DNA from: Glaucostegus cemiculus
Lineage: Eukaryota
NCBI GenBank assembly: GCA_976551045.1
Contig: CDPCPM010000183.1
Location: 186,001-250,000, forward strand
Length of the DNA: 64,000 nucleotides
Direction: 5' to 3'
The number at the start of each line of letters is the position of its first letter. The first letter of the stretch is position 1. The notes below the pieces were generated by a model that was not told the origin of the DNA, made no database searches, and worked only from the letters and a program-made list of their open reading frames with translations. Below, one piece after another: positions 63,079-64,000 of this stretch. The position numbers and the translations under genes are program-made.

Positions 63079-63437
63079 GCTTAGACTCTCTAAGGTAGAT
63101 CAAATCCACTTTACGCTTCCTGCTGGATTAGGAGTAACGTGCTGGAATGGTGTAGCGTATGACCTAACTATTTTCCTGAAGCACATTAATGAGAAATTGT
63201 GGAGAGGCTGAGCGTTGTGCTCATACATTACAAAAAGGACTAAAAAAAAGTGCAGAAGCAGGTTTATTTTTCTTCTAACTAGCTCAAACAATTAATTGTG
63301 TGGTTGGAAATGCTTTGAGAAGTTTATTGATAAATAAATTATCTGTGGAAACTACAATATCATAAAAATATCCGGACAGAAAGAAATACAGCCATCTCGT
63401 CATATAATCATCTTGTGCGACACCAAATTACACTTAC

Positions 63438-63515
63438 CTTTGTGTTCATAGGGCTGAATGCACAAGCTTTAACCTGTATTTTGACATAATGATCATATAC
63501 ACTTGGAACAGATTC
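63438..63515 (-). CDS. CRYZL1: Crystallin zeta-like 1 (FERRY subunit 4) coding exon (78 bp; ESVPSVYDHYVKIQVKACAFSPMNTK)
   Basis: Minus-strand acceptor ttttctag, donor gtaagt. Matches human VKLQVKACALSQINTK. Confidence 0.93.
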
Positions 63516-64000
63516 CTAGAAAATAAAATAAAATGTCTTGTTAACCACATGTTGATAATAGGACATCACCATTGTGTAATCTTGATGGAATAGCTTGTTT
63601 ATGTTTCACTGATGTACAGATGTGCGTCTAAGTGAAATCACAATGTATACAGTTCAAGGTGATTTCACTAATAACATCATTGGTTTGGGAGAAGTCTACT
63701 GTTCCCTATTGTTTTTATTCTGGAGTCACAGCAAAATTTAAAAAAAATGCATATGCTGGTGAACTCTCAAGAGATCAGGGAGCAAATGCAGAAAGAGAAA
63801 CCCATAGCACATACTGCCTAACCTGATGAGAGTTTATCATTAAATTCATTTTTTTTATGTTAGGTTTCCAACGATCCTTGAATGTTGCTCAATTTATTAC
63901 AACTGGGCTTGCCGAGGGCCTGGATGTTTACAGCATGGTGCAAATAAGGGAGTTTGAAGAAAATAAATGTACATGCACACACCTCTTATTGGAATATTCC

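Noticed and set aside
1-64000. CRISPR arrays, operons or other prokaryotic systems
   Set aside because: No regularly spaced repeat-spacer array. The sequence is intron-rich vertebrate DNA.

Overview
Eukaryotic (vertebrate) genomic DNA. The repeat content (HE1/V-SINE-like and SacSINE1-like SINEs, CR1/HER1 LINEs, Rex1/Babar-like LINEs, Penelope-like elements) points to a cartilaginous fish, probably a ray or shark. Two spliced genes converge tail-to-tail. SETD4 is on the + strand (8 coding exons, 1442-30310; 5' exons lie upstream of the window). CRYZL1/FERRY4 is on the - strand (11 coding exons, 63515-36342; the start exon lies beyond the window) and has a candidate U12-type intron. Most ORF-track entries are repeat fragments or noise. 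The most interesting non-genic signal is a dispersed family of Penelope-like element ends carrying minimal hammerhead-ribozyme motifs, including short fold-back copies with 11-14 bp target-site duplications. Also present are a SINE family with two alternative LINE-derived tails, two solo LTRs, multi-layer nested insertions, and TE insertions that remodel 3' splice sites. Family and gene names come from recalled consensus and protein sequences, not from database searches.
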